64,000 nt of DNA from Octopus vulgaris (lineage: Eukaryota), in assembly GCA_951406725.2 (NCBI GenBank), contig OX597818.1:82336001-82400000 (forward strand). The letters run 5' to 3'. The notes under the pieces are model-generated. The model was not told the origin of the DNA, did no database searches, and saw only the letters and a program-made list of their open reading frames with translations. Numbering within the stretch: the first letter of the stretch is position 1; the number at the start of each line of letters is the position of its first letter. Of this stretch, positions 29,831 to 43,201 are shown in pieces. A program made the translations under genes and the position numbers.

Positions 29831-31054
29831 GCCCCAAAGCAGTCGGTCTAAGATATAATTTTCATATGATATTGTTTATTAATAATCAAAAAATATAATT
29901 TGCTACGAGAAAACACTCAACTTACAGTTCGCCAACATGTTCCTGTAGTCTATCGGCTAGTGAAAAATTTCCGATGGCATATGTACCGATGTTTAAGATA
30001 ACGAAATTCCTGGCGTCAAATTGTTGGACTAAACTCCTTACGGAGGTGACACAGTATGACCGCTACCTGATGACTGAAACAAGTAATTTATAATGGCGTA
30101 TAAGAGACTGGGATTACAAATACCCCAGCCCCTGAACGGTTTGTCGCAGAGATAACTTCTCAGTGGATTGCAGCAACCCGTAATGAACACAACGCAGAGC
30201 CCTGCCCGGGAATCGAAGTGGCGTTTGTAAGATTCTGTGTGCAATGTTCTAGCAATAAGCCACAGGGCTTCACAAGGTTACGTTAGAGAAAACGATAACC
30301 CCAGATATCTCTAAAACGCCTTTCAATACTATCGCAAACAGCACCAATTTTTAAGAAGCAACACCAAGCGAACTGCAGTACTATATATATTTTACTACAT
30401 GTTGTTATTGTATGCCGTGAACGGTTAAGTTTTGTATGTCAATGCTTGGTTCTATGGACTGATTAAGTAAATTAAAAAAGCAAAATGGTTTCTCCTCATT
30501 TTGTGAATTTACATCTTTGTCTCGGTCACTGAATTGCGCCCATGCTGTCACACCTACAGGAAAAAATCGGCTCCAAGACTTATATATTTTTTAAGCCATA
30601 TTCTCATTCTATATGTTGCTTTGTCGGTCCGCTACGTTACTTGGACATAGAGAAACCAGTATAAGTTGTCAAGCAGTTGCAGAGGAGAAACGCCAACACA
30701 AAGACACTCACAAACAGATACATAAATACATACACATACTCATATTCATACATACATACATACATTCATGCATGCATACATACATACATTCATGCATGCA
30801 TACATACATTCATACATACATACATACATACATACATACCTACATACATACATACCTACATACATACATATTCTTTTACTTGGTTCAGTCATTTGACTGC
30901 CACCATGAAGAAATCAACCCCAGCACTTATTCTTTGTAAGTCCAGTACTCATATTATCGGTCTTTTATACTGAACCGCTAAATAGGGGACATAAACACAA
31001 CAGCATCGGCTGTTAGGAGAGGGCGTAGAGTAAAATAATACACATACAAACTCC

Positions 31055-31085
<31 letters not shown>

Positions 31086-31548
31086 TTGTGTATACGACGG
31101 GCTTCTCTACGTTTCCGTCTACCAATTCTACTCACAAGTCTTTGGTAACATACATTTTCCCAAGAGTTGAACCCAGAAGCATGTGGTTAGGAAGCAAGCT
31201 TCTTACCACGCAGGTACCGCTGCGCCTCCTGTACTTTCATACATACATACGTGTGTGTGTGTATACGCTCGGCTTCTTTCAGTTTTCATTTACCATATTC
31301 ACAGTGGGAACCTAATTCAGAATAAGAAAATAGACACGCAAAATATTATATACATATATGTGTGTTTTTGTCTTTAATTGTTTCAGAATTTATGCATGCT
31401 CAGGATATATTTGTGAGTTTAAATATAATCAATGACAATGTGTATTTAAAATGAAGATAATTATATATATTACATATATCATAAACATCATATAATGATG
31501 GTTTACGTTTAGACTATAAGATTGTTCTTCATCTCGTATATATATATG

Positions 31549-31669
<121 letters not shown>

Positions 31670-32334
31670 TATATATATATTTGTACGTACCAAATTTACG
31701 CATCACAAAAATGTTTTATTATATATTCATTGCTATTTGTGTGTACGTATTTTATTAGCTATTTACACATGTTTATATGTATAATTTTTCTTGTTGCACT
31801 TGAGCGTGCTTGTGTACTGCACGCATTTTGCATATTCCCCCATTATTTTAAGCTCAATAACTATATATAGCTCCCGTTTTGATTTCACGTGCATTATATT
31901 CCTGTATGTCTATATGGACTTTTGTCTATCCAGGCATACATATACAAATATACGATATACATACAGAAGCACTCTCACACTGGTATCTATGTCTATATGC
32001 TTATATATATACATTTATGACATATAAACATACACACACACACACAAACACACTAACACACACTCACACACAAATATATTAATACATGCATACATATTTC
32101 TGTGTTCTTATCAATAGCTCTCTTCAAATATACATATACATACATACATATTTATATACAAAGGTATATATACGTATACATACGTATATATATATATATA
32201 TATACACACATACATACTGACATACTTACATACGTACATACATACATACCAATGTAAGGACATAAATATGAAACAAAATGGGAAACATAGTAGTCAAATA
32301 CTGGACGTAGTGTAACATGCTTTATTATTATAGC

Positions 32335-32380
32335 TAAACTGTCCGACGAACGGGCAAGTGAAACTCTGAGTAGCAGTTTA
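32335..32380 (+). ncRNA. Minimal type I hammerhead-like motif (family A, CCGACGA core)
   Basis: taaactgt-CCGACGA-ac gggcaa gt-GAAA-ctctgag-TA-gcagttta; 3' flank ttgtgatg..ttt is shared with the copy at 810-851. Confidence 0.65.
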
Positions 32381-32490
32381 TTGTGATGATTTTCTGACGG
32401 TTTTACAGCTTTAATAATAATAATAATAATAATAATAATACATATATTCATATGTACATATATATATATACAAATATACACTCGTACGTA

Positions 32491-32522
<32 letters not shown>

Positions 32523-32542
32523 CATACATATATATTTATACA

Positions 32543-32596
<54 letters not shown>

Positions 32597-33121
32597 CACA
32601 CACACACATATATATATATATGTATCTATATGTATATACATATACGTATGTACATAGCGCATATATAGTTTTATGTGAAGGCATCAGTTTTATTAAACTT
32701 TCTTTTCACTACTCCCTCGCATTCATATTCAATAATGCGTGCCAACCTGTATATTTATTCCTTGAATTTGCTGTTAATGCTGTGATAGCATTATTCAGTT
32801 GTATGTTTATTGGCATATATATCACAATATTGGTTTAGCAGAGATTCCTTAGTTTGTTTGTTTTTTGTTTTGTTTTGTTTCGGTTGAAATATGTTGACTT
32901 CATTACATTATTTTTCTCATAATTCTTTAGGTGGTTTTTTTTTTGTGTTTTTTTTTAATAATAAACACATGCACACGTGTGCAGTGACTTTTACATGTAG
33001 TACAAGAAATGGAAAAAAATGGTTCAAGACTGAATATAGAGACAAGAGAATCACGGAAAATATAACATAAGCAACACCAATAACAACATCTAGAATAATA
33101 ATACTAATAATAATTATAATG

Positions 33122-33264
<143 letters not shown>

Positions 33265-33277
33265 GATGATGATGATG

Positions 33278-33314
<37 letters not shown>

Positions 33315-33408
33315 TGATAATAATAATAATAATAATAATAATAATTATAATAATATTGATAATAATAATAATAATAATAATAATTATTATTATTATTATT
33401 ATTATTAC

Positions 33409-33463
<55 letters not shown>

Positions 33464-34337
33464 TTTTTTATTATTATTGTTATTATTGTTGTTCCATAAA
33501 TATAATTCAAAGTTTGTCAGGGCAGAGGGAAAGTTATCTGGAGAGGTTATGACCCTGAAATAGTAATGAAGTCGAATACTACTCTGTCAAAGCAGTAAGT
33601 TTGAGGGGGGTGCAATGCTGTCGGTAGGATGTCCTCGAAATGGTGCGCATTCTTTTCCGATGACCCCAGAAACTTACTGGCATCCATTATGCCGAGTTTT
33701 TGAATGACTGCCCTTACACTTGTAAGATAATTATATGCTGATAGATAATCATGCGCTTTATATGTTGTTAGATGTCTGCTTCTGTTCTACCTACCATCTG
33801 TCATTTTGGCGTTTGCTGTAATCAAAGCAAGTGTTAGTCTTCTTCAGGTCATTCAGTTTTTGCATAAAGTTCTCAATACCGTTTCAGTCAACCAAGATGT
33901 TCAGATTAGACGGCGGTCAAGAGATCTTCCGAAGTGGATCTAAAGCAGTTTAACTGAAATTTTATACAAAATAATAGTACTCCTACCATAACCTCTTCAC
34001 AGGCTGGAGCCGGAAGGAATAAAAACCCTAATATTCTGAGCACCTTACTGCGTTAGCACATGATGTTGTTATTCTAATAATGTCGCATGGCTTTGATTCT
34101 GATTATATTTACTTCGGAACTACGACTATTGAAATTCTGGAAAAATGTAGTAGCAGCATGACTATCACAAATGCTGCTACTTTTTCCCAGAATTCCAGTT
34201 GCTCTCTCTATGACAGCATGCCTCTACTATCGCCTCTCTACATCAGGATACAAAGTCTAAAATTCATTCTACATCACGGACTTTTAGTAGCTAAACTTCC
34301 ATGAACTTCTATTATATACAATTGTGGTTTTTACATA

Positions 34338-34812
34338 ACATTGTGTAACATGATTTTTGTCCTTGGATAGTATCTGTTATTTCCTGTTTCCTAACCCCTA
34401 GAAAGTATGAAAAATGGCTTATATTTCCTGCAAACTTTGCTTTTGTTACATGTATTCAACCCCGCAAAGAATCCGTCTCAACACATTACCATGATGCTGC
34501 CCCACTACACCTACTGATCATGATCAAAGATGCACATGTTGTCAGCGACTAAAGGACATGCTCAAGTGTTTAGGTGAAACAACTGTCAGTAAAATATGTA
34601 ATATTGAGCAGAATATTTGCTATAACGATATTTCTGCCTCTGCAACTCAACACTGAATCTGTCTGAAATTTAATGAAAAATATGTCAGTTTCAAAGCATT
34701 GATGTCCAGATCCCCAAAGCAAAGTTTGAAGTGAATAATAGTCATTTCCTTTGATTTTTTGATAGAATCAAATAGGAAATAACGCTGACCAAGACAAAAA
34801 AAATTGTTGTAC
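34338..34812 (-). mobile_element. Second copy of the Tc1-like MITE
   Basis: Reverse-complement homology to 23576-24065. Confidence 0.6.
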
Positions 34813-35235
34813 AGCGCAAGAGTGGCTGTGTGGTAAGTAGCTTGCTTACCAGCCACATGGTTCCGGGTTCAGTCCCACTGCGTGGCACCTTGGGAAAGTG
34901 TCTTCTACTATAGCCTCGGGCCGACCAAAGCCTTGTGAGTGGATTTGGTAGACGGAAACTGAAAGAAGCCCGTCGTATATATGTATATATATGTGTGTAT
35001 GTATATGTGTGTGTATGTTTGTGTGTCTGTGTTTGTTCAACCAACATCGCTTGACAACCGATGCTGGTGTGTTTACGTCCCCGTAACTTAGCGGTTCGGC
35101 AAAAGAGACCGACAGAATAAGTACTAGGCTTACAAAGAATTAGTCCTGGTGTCGATTTGATCGACTAAAGGCGGTGCTCCAGCATGGCCGCAGTCAAATG
35201 ACTGAAACAAGTAAAAGAGTAAAACAGTAAAGAGT
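34813..35235 (+). mobile_element. SINE family A, full length
   Basis: Same structure as 23140-23565. Confidence 0.9.
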
Positions 35236-36205
35236 GTAATAGATTTTAACAACTGACTCGTCGGTCATACACCACTTTGACGTCTCTTCCACAATGCAGT
35301 CTGTGCACACTTAAGCTCTTCGGCTGTCATGAAGACAGGAGTTTTTATGCATTTGCCAATACAAAAGTAGGTAAAAACCAAATGTAAACGTCAGATTCTG
35401 ATCCTCCTGTCTTTCCTCAGTCACTTGGATATGTGTAGTTGAGTAACACATTACTTTTGAGTATCTCTGCGTCTCTGTAAGTCTTGAAAGACTGAATTAC
35501 GTTTTTATATCATCTAACTTACCCGATAGAGTTACGCATTCTCACATGCTTTGGCCGGAGCCTAGCCTAACTACACTTCCAATAGTATACACATTCCACT
35601 CCGTTTCCTTTTAAACAAAAGTATGGCACCGTCTTCATAAAATTTTCCTGGATACTTTTATCCTCAAAGGAGTTTTGAGTCTGTAGTATACATTTTCCTC
35701 GTGGTTTTCCTCTGGTTGGAGTAGGCCGATATCCGGTATTCTTTTTAGGCTTACAATATCACCAAAGAATGATTCTGAGTTTCTTGTAGGTGTCCTTGAA
35801 GTGTCATTTGAGTCGGTGTACATCTGTAATGCGAAACAAGTATTTAGAAACATCACATGGAACACAAATCTTGACAACCAGCTTATGTACTTCCATAGAA
35901 AAGAACAAGTAGTGTGGAGCGACTGACCTCCCTTGTTCGAAGGTTATATGGATACAGTTTGTGTATCAAATAGCTAACTTAAGGCGATGGCCTCATGGAG
36001 CTAATAAGCGGACAGCTTTTTTCTTATTTTTATAAGAATGCCATATTAGTATGGCGATAACTATTATTTTCCGGGAACGCTGCCGCTGTTCTCTTTTAGA
36101 GAGACTTAGTTATTTTAATATTTCTATTATTGAAAACAAGTGGATGTATTCCACCGAAACTAGGTAAATAAAACCATCGAACAGAGATTGTCGGAAGCGA
36201 CACCT

Positions 36206-36267
36206 ACTGGCTGGCTACGCTGCATTGAAAAGGGGCAATACCCTGAAACGCGTCTGTAGCTGCCGGT
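36206..36267 (+). ncRNA. Type I hammerhead ribozyme, copy 1 (predicted cleavage after C36254)
   Basis: gctgca-TTGAAAA-gggg caata ccct-GAAA-cgcg-TC-tgtagc, with a distal stem I extension actggc/gccggt and palindromic stem III acgcgt. Confidence 0.85.
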
Positions 36268-36567
36268 CAAGTAGTGTGGAGCGACTGACCTCCCTTGTTC
36301 GAAGGTTATATGGATACAGTTTGTGTATCAAATAGCTAACTTAAGGCGATGGCCTCATGGAGCTAATAAGCGGACAGCTTTTTTCTTATTTTTATAAGAA
36401 TGCCATATTAGTATGGCGATAACTATTATTTTCCGGGAACGCTGCCGCTGTTCTCTTTTAGAGAGACTTAGTTATTTTAATATTTCTATTATTGAAAACA
36501 AGTGGATGTATTCCACCGAAACTAGGTAAATAAAACCATCGAACAGAGATTGTCGGAAGCGACACCT

Positions 36568-36629
36568 ACTGGCTGGCTACGCTGCATTGAAAAGGGGCAA
36601 TACCCTGAAACGCGTCTGTAGCTGCCGGT
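36568..36629 (+). ncRNA. Type I hammerhead ribozyme, copy 2 (cleavage after C36616)
   Basis: Identical to copy 1. Confidence 0.85.
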
Positions 36630-36784
36630 CAAGTAGTGTGGAGCGACTGACCTCCCTTGTTCGAAGGTTATATGGATACAGTTTGTGTATCAAATAGCTA
36701 ACTTAAGGCGATGGCCTCATGGAGCTAATAAGCGGACAGCTTTTTCTTATTTTTATAAGAATGCCATATTAGTATGGCGATAAC

Positions 36785-36854
<70 letters not shown>

Positions 36855-36920
36855 CTGTGTGTTTGTGTGTATGCATATATATATGTATATACGCACATAC
36901 ATAAATACATACATACATAT

Positions 36921-36970
<50 letters not shown>

Positions 36971-37188
36971 GAAATATTAAAATAACTAAGTCTCTCTAAA
37001 AGAGAACAGCGGCAGCGTTCCCGGAAAATAATAGTTATCGCCATACTAATATGGCATTCTTATAAAAATAAGAAAAAAGCTGTCCGCTTATTAGCTCCAT
37101 GAGGCCATCGCCTTAGTTAGCTATTTGACACACAAACTGTATCCATATAACCTTCGAACAAGGGAGGTCAGTCGCTCCACACTACTTG

Positions 37189-37250
37189 ACCGGCAGCTAC
37201 AGACGCGTTTCAGGGTATTGCCCCTTTTCAATGCAGCGTAGCCAGCCAGT
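37189..37250 (-). ncRNA. Type I hammerhead ribozyme, copy 3 (inverted)
   Basis: Exact reverse complement of copy 1. Confidence 0.85.
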
Positions 37251-37821
37251 AGGTGTCGCTTCCGACAATCTCTGTTCGATGGTTTTATTTACCTAGTTTC
37301 GGTGGAATACATCCACTTGTTTTCAATAATAGAAATATTAAAATAACTAAGTCTCTCTAAAAGAGAACAGCGGCAGCGTTCCCGGAAAATAATAGTTATC
37401 GCCATACTAATATGGCATTCTTATAAAAAATAAGAAAAAAGCTGTCCGCTTATTAGCTCCATGAGGCCATCGCCTTAAGTTAGCTATTTGATACACAAAC
37501 TGTATCCATATAACCTTCGAACAAGTAGTGTGGAGCGACTGACCTCCCTTGTTCGAAGGTTATATGGATACAGTTTGTGTATCAAATAGCTAACTTAAGG
37601 CGATGGCCTCATGGAGCTAATAAGCGGACAGCTTTTTTCTTATTTTTATAAGAATGCCATATTAGTATGGCGATAACTATTATTTTCCGGGAACGCTGCC
37701 GCTGTTCTCTTTTAGAGAGACTTAGTTATTTTAATATTTCTATTATTGAAAACAAGTGGATGTATTCCACCGAAACTAGGTAAATAAAACCATCGAACAG
37801 AGATTGTCGGAAGCGACACCT

Positions 37822-37883
37822 ACTGGCTGGCTACGCTGCATTGAAAAGGGGCAATACCCTGAAACGCGTCTGTAGCTGCCGGT
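37822..37883 (+). ncRNA. Type I hammerhead ribozyme, copy 4 (cleavage after C37870)
   Basis: Identical to copy 1. Confidence 0.85.
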
Positions 37884-38039
37884 CAAGTAGTGTGGAGCGA
37901 CTGACCTCCCTTGTTCGAAGGTTATATGGATACAGTTTGTGTATCAAATAGCTAACTTAAGGCGATGGCCTCATGGAGCTAATAAGCGGACAGCTTTTTT
38001 CTTATTTTTATAAGAATGCCATATTAGTATGGCGATAAC

Positions 38040-38109
<70 letters not shown>

Positions 38110-38407
38110 CTGTGTGTTTGTGTGTATGCATATATATATGTATATACGCACATTGCATATATATGTATATACATACATATATAAAATAACAAACATGAGT
38201 AAAAATTGGGAAAATAACTTACACCTGTTTCAGCCAAGAGGTAAAGATACCTCATTCTACCTTTATTGCTCAAGTGGCGTGAAGTAGATGAAAATGAAGT
38301 ACTTGGGTATATCTCTAGTCTTCGTCAGAGATTATAAAGTACATAATGTTAAGTTATAAATAAACATAAATATAAATATAAAATAATTAAAAATACACAC
38401 ATTTGAA

Positions 38408-38462
<55 letters not shown>

Positions 38463-39925
38463 TTATTATTAATATTATTAATAGTAGATACATTCCGTTA
38501 ATGACAATAGATATAATATCGAATGTAGAATATAGAATATAATATATAAACAGATATAAACAGATACATAATATATAAACGGGTGTTGGTGAGTTTACAT
38601 CCCCGTAACTTAGCGGTTCGGGAAAAAACAGATAGATAACGTACCAGACTTTAAAAAATTGTTATGAGATAGATTACTAGGAGTAAAATTCCCCAGGGCA
38701 GTTCTCTTTATGGTCGCTGTCTAATGACTTAAACAAGTAAAAGATATATATCATATACATCGAAAACCTCTTTTCGATAGAAAACGTTAAAGGCTGTCCA
38801 TGGGACTCGAAATCGTCTACGAAATCCCTATCTTGTCTACAAGGGATCTAGATTTGTATCACACAAGTAATCTTCGATTTTTTCCATCGAAAATGTGTTT
38901 TCAAACTAACATCTACATAAATTTATGTATAGCATTTATTTATTTCGAGATCCTGTTCCTAAATATCGGTATGTTTCAACTTACGTTGTTTCCAGTTACG
39001 TCTTTTCGACATTTTGTCTTTATCTTCATAAAGAAATTAATCCCAATTTTGATCAATTTATTCTACTTTACGTCCGTCTCAGCGAATATATTTAAAAGCA
39101 TGAAAATTGTGGCATGAAATGCTATTAAAAACCAATACTGAATTTGAAAAGCAAGTAAAATAAACGTGGAAGTATGCACAAACCATTTATTAAAATACAT
39201 AAGCTAATACATTTTCTAAAATGTTTTTCGTGTTTCGCCGCTTTTCGAGTTAAGACTAATATCTTGGTACCAATTACTCACGTAAGCTGAGGTGTGCTTG
39301 CATAGAGAAATATATGTGCATTAAGTGAAAAGGAGAGAAAGAGAAACAGTAGAAGAGCGGTGTAAAGAAATAGGAGAGAAAGAAGGAGAAAAAGAGAATT
39401 ATAATGTGAAAGTTTTAACTGCCAAATGATGGAGAAGCAGTGAAGTAAAAATAGCGTTACTGTTAAGAAATTCTCTAAAGTAACATCGGATTTCGTTCAT
39501 ACGATAAAATTGGGGAAAACATATGAAAAGTGCTAACATTAAATGACATGCAAAATAAATGTTAGAATATTATGGACTGAAGCATACGGCTACTAAGTAT
39601 AAAATATAAATATCTTGGACTCGGTATAGATAAATACATATAAAATCGGTGATGTATGAAAAAGATTCCTCTGATGTTTATATGGCGTACATCTACAAAA
39701 GGTTACCTTCAAGTGGGAAGTAAATAAAAAACAACTTATGATCAATAATAACAATAAAGTATAATGTTAATTAGCAATTAGCTGAAATATGTATTCGAAA
39801 GATAATTAGCGTCATGAAAATTGAAAAAATCAAAGTGGCATAGGGAATAATATAAAAACGAAGAACTACCATGTATGTATGTATGCATGTATGTATGTAT
39901 GTATGAATATTTGTATGTATGTATG

Positions 39926-39959
<34 letters not shown>

Positions 39960-40141
39960 AATGTATGTATGTATGAATGTATGTATATATGTATGCATGC
40001 ATGCATGCAAGTATGTATGTAAGCATGCGCGTATTTTAGTACGTATGTATGTACGCATACACACACATGCACACATATATGTGTGTGTGTATGCATATAT
40101 ATATGTATATACGCACATTGCATATATATGTATATATATAT

Positions 40142-40200
<59 letters not shown>

Positions 40201-40265
40201 TATACACATGCGCACACACATATCCCGCCCCCATATATATATTTTTATACATAAGAATAGAAATA

Positions 40266-41025
40266 TTCCTTTCTACTATAGAAACAAGACTTGAAATTTG
40301 AGGAAGCGGCTTAGCCAATTACATCGACACCAGTGTTCAACTTCTTTTGGGTTGTCCGGAAAGTTCGTGCCGATTTATAGTAGCTTACTTTTCGACGTAT
40401 TTTAGAACATGGTTGATTCCATGAAATAGGATTTCACTACACCTCCATTTAGAACATAATTTAAGTGGAAGAATGTTTATGTTCCTAATAACCTGTGTTA
40501 ATTCTGTAACCCTTTAAAATGGAAGATAAGAAAGTTCATTTTCGGCACTTGATGCTTTGGGAACTAGACTGCAGCTCGGCTGGGATGTGTTTACTCTACC
40601 CTACATATTCACCAGATACTGCTCCTTCGGATTTCTACTTATTCAGGTCTCTGCAGAATAGTCTTAATTGTAAAACTTTCAATTCCTTGGATGACGTAAA
40701 AAGATACCTTGATGAATTCTTTGCCATGAAACCACCTAAATTCTGGGAAGAGGGTATTTTCAATTTAAAGGAAACATGGAGACGTATTGTGTAACAAATG
40801 GATCATGAGTGGTTGATTAAAAATGTAATGGCAAGTATTTATTGACCTTTTTTCTTTCCTTTAAATATCGGCACGAACTTTCCGGACAACTCAATATTTA
40901 TTCATCGAAACCAAAAATGATGCAAGTCCATCTCGGTGGAATTTGAACTGAGAACGTAAAGACGGGACGAACTGCCGCTAAACATTTTGTCCAGCGTGCT
41001 AACAATTCTTCAGTTCGCCACCTTA
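40266..41025 (-). mobile_element. SINE family B monomer split by a mariner insertion
   Basis: Tail half at 40266-40343 and head half at 40897-41025 are colinear with other family B copies. Confidence 0.7.
40347..40894 (+). mobile_element. Internally deleted mariner transposon (mellifera-like)
   Basis: ~28-bp TIRs ttgggttgtccggaaagttcgtgccgat / atcggcacgaactttccggacaactcaa, with TA on the right. N-terminal MEDKKVHFRHLML is joined to C-terminal YSPDTAPSDFYLFRSLQN...GIFNLKETWRRIV. Confidence 0.92.
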
Positions 41026-42561
41026 AGAATAGTAATAATAATATCGAAAACTTAGAGAGCTTATAAAAATGAAGCGTTGTATTCGTATTAAGTGTAAGTA
41101 TTGTAGATATTTTACGAGTTAAATGTAGCTGTTGGGGGTAAATATTTTCCAGTTCTTTCAAAGATTACGTTTTATATTTGATATTAAAACAGAGCAAAGT
41201 TTAGAGTAAGGGAAAATATTTCGATAAATATCTCAATAGAAATAGGAACAGTAGGCGTAAGAAGGGTACAGATACACTATATCTATTAAGTTGAATAAAA
41301 GCAGAGGCAATCTAATTTAAAATGTAGTTACATATAATAAGTGCATTAAATATTGCAACTATAATGGTAAAACTGTGCAGAAATATGTAGATTATATACT
41401 TAGAAGAAAGAAAAGACGACTTGAATTTGAAGGATTTAGAAATTTCCAAAGGATGCAACGACAATAAGATCAGAGGTGAATCTAATGATAAGGAATGAGA
41501 TAAATGAAAGAAATAATGATCTCTGATTTTGGCACAGCGTCCACAGAATTGAAGGGAAGGTAGGGATTAGTCGATTCCCTCAATTCTAATACTTGTCTTG
41601 TACTTTATTTTATTGAACTTTGACGGAGAAACGTCTAGAAATTGCTCTGCTGTATTTGTTCTGCAAGGGACAATTTTAGCACACCATTCTTTCGACCTTC
41701 CAGAGATACTGAATCTCGCGACCAAGTGGAATGTTGGTACGTGGATAATAGTTAAGAACTGATGGAGTTTAAATTCTAATGATAATCTGACATATGAATA
41801 TAAAAATATCTATAACACCCAATAGAGCTATCAAAAGCAATAAAGAATAATTAGCAAACTATAATAGTTATGGGATTTCGGAAGCATGAGATTAATGAAA
41901 CATTGTGATAAAGGAAGTAGGTTTGTTATTAGTAGGAATAAGGGACAGGAAGCACCTTATTCCTGTGTGAGGGAGTAAGTCATATATATATATATATACT
42001 ATTTAAACATTGGTCAAGAAATATAAGGTTAAACTATGTTATTAATGTACTTCTGTATGCATTAGCGTAGATAAAGAAAATATAATATTAAAATTAGGAA
42101 AACAAGCGCAGAAATGACTGTCTGGTGAGACGTTTGCCTCAATAATCATGTCGTTCCGTTCTTAAATCCACTTTGTGGCACCTTGAGCAATTGTTTTCCA
42201 CAACAGCCTTGGCTTAAACAAGCCTTGTAAGTGAATTTATTAGGTGAAAACTGAAAGAAGCATGTTGCATATGCATGAGGTTTCCTGCCAATGATTTTTC
42301 ACCATCACCACTTAAATGGTGTTGCTGTGTCTACGTCTCCGTAACTTATCAGTTCGGCAAATGAGGGTCTTCAAAAATAAGTACTGGGATCGGTTCATTT
42401 GACTAAAATTCTTCAAGACTGAGCCCCAACATATCTGCGTTTTAGTGACTGAAACAATTAAGAAAACAAAATTTAACCACACACTAACACATATAAATGC
42501 TTCAGCTACATTTACAAAGAAATGTCTCAGGTAAACGTGCTAACGTCTCTGCCAGCTCGCC

Positions 42562-42604
<43 letters not shown>

Positions 42605-43157
42605 GTGTGTGTATGTGTGTGTGTGTGTGTGTGTGCGTGTTTGTGTGTCTGCGTTTTTCGCCCTTGACAATCGATGGTGGTGTGTTGACGTCCCCGTAAC
42701 TTAGCGGTTCGGCAAAAGATACCGAGAGAATAAGCACTAAGCTTGCAAAGAATAAGTCCTGCGGTCCATTTGCTCGACTAAAGAGGGTGCTCCAGCATGA
42801 CCACAGAAAAAAAATAAAAGAGAATTATTGTATATTATTCAATTGTTGCAGGTCGCTAACGTTCGGTAAGCTCAAGAAATTTATGGGACCAGTTTTTTAG
42901 CCCTTTTTCAACGGAAAGGGATCCTTTATTTAGAACGCCCACCTTAATTGCCCTTGCAAATAAATTGTGTAGACTCTAACTACTTACTCTCAAAATTTAT
43001 CTCTACACCGCAAATCAGTGGGGAAAATCTCGCTCTCTAATAATACCACTACTTGGTAATTATTACCTTTATTTCATTAGTACTTTAAAATAGTTTTTAT
43101 AGTAATCATTTTCCGCTACACATACATACAAACATACATACATACATTCATACATAC

Positions 43158-43201
<44 letters not shown>

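Larger units (their letters stand above)
35903..38045. mobile_element. 362-bp tandem/inverted repeat array with hammerhead ribozymes (candidate non-LTR retrozyme)
   Basis: Unit starts (caagtagtgtggagcg) at 35906, 36268 and 36630, giving period 362. Inverted ~1.5 units at 36965-37525, forward ~1.4 units at 37522-38045. Copies differ at only a few positions; no ORF. Confidence 0.9.

Noticed and set aside
30066-30087. cctgatgactgaaacaag resembling a hammerhead core
   Set aside because: There is no room for stem II, and it matches the SINE A tail aatgactgaaacaagtaa.
35903-38045. CRISPR array or ordinary satellite interpretation of the 362-bp repeats
   Set aside because: Whole units are identical, with no unique spacers and no cas genes. 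The low copy number and embedded ribozyme fit a retrozyme-like element better.
40519-40794. 91-aa ORF as a functional mini-transposase
   Set aside because: It lacks the DNA-binding and most of the catalytic domain. The frame is joined only by a deletion plus a frameshift (the original LQLGWDV lies in another frame).
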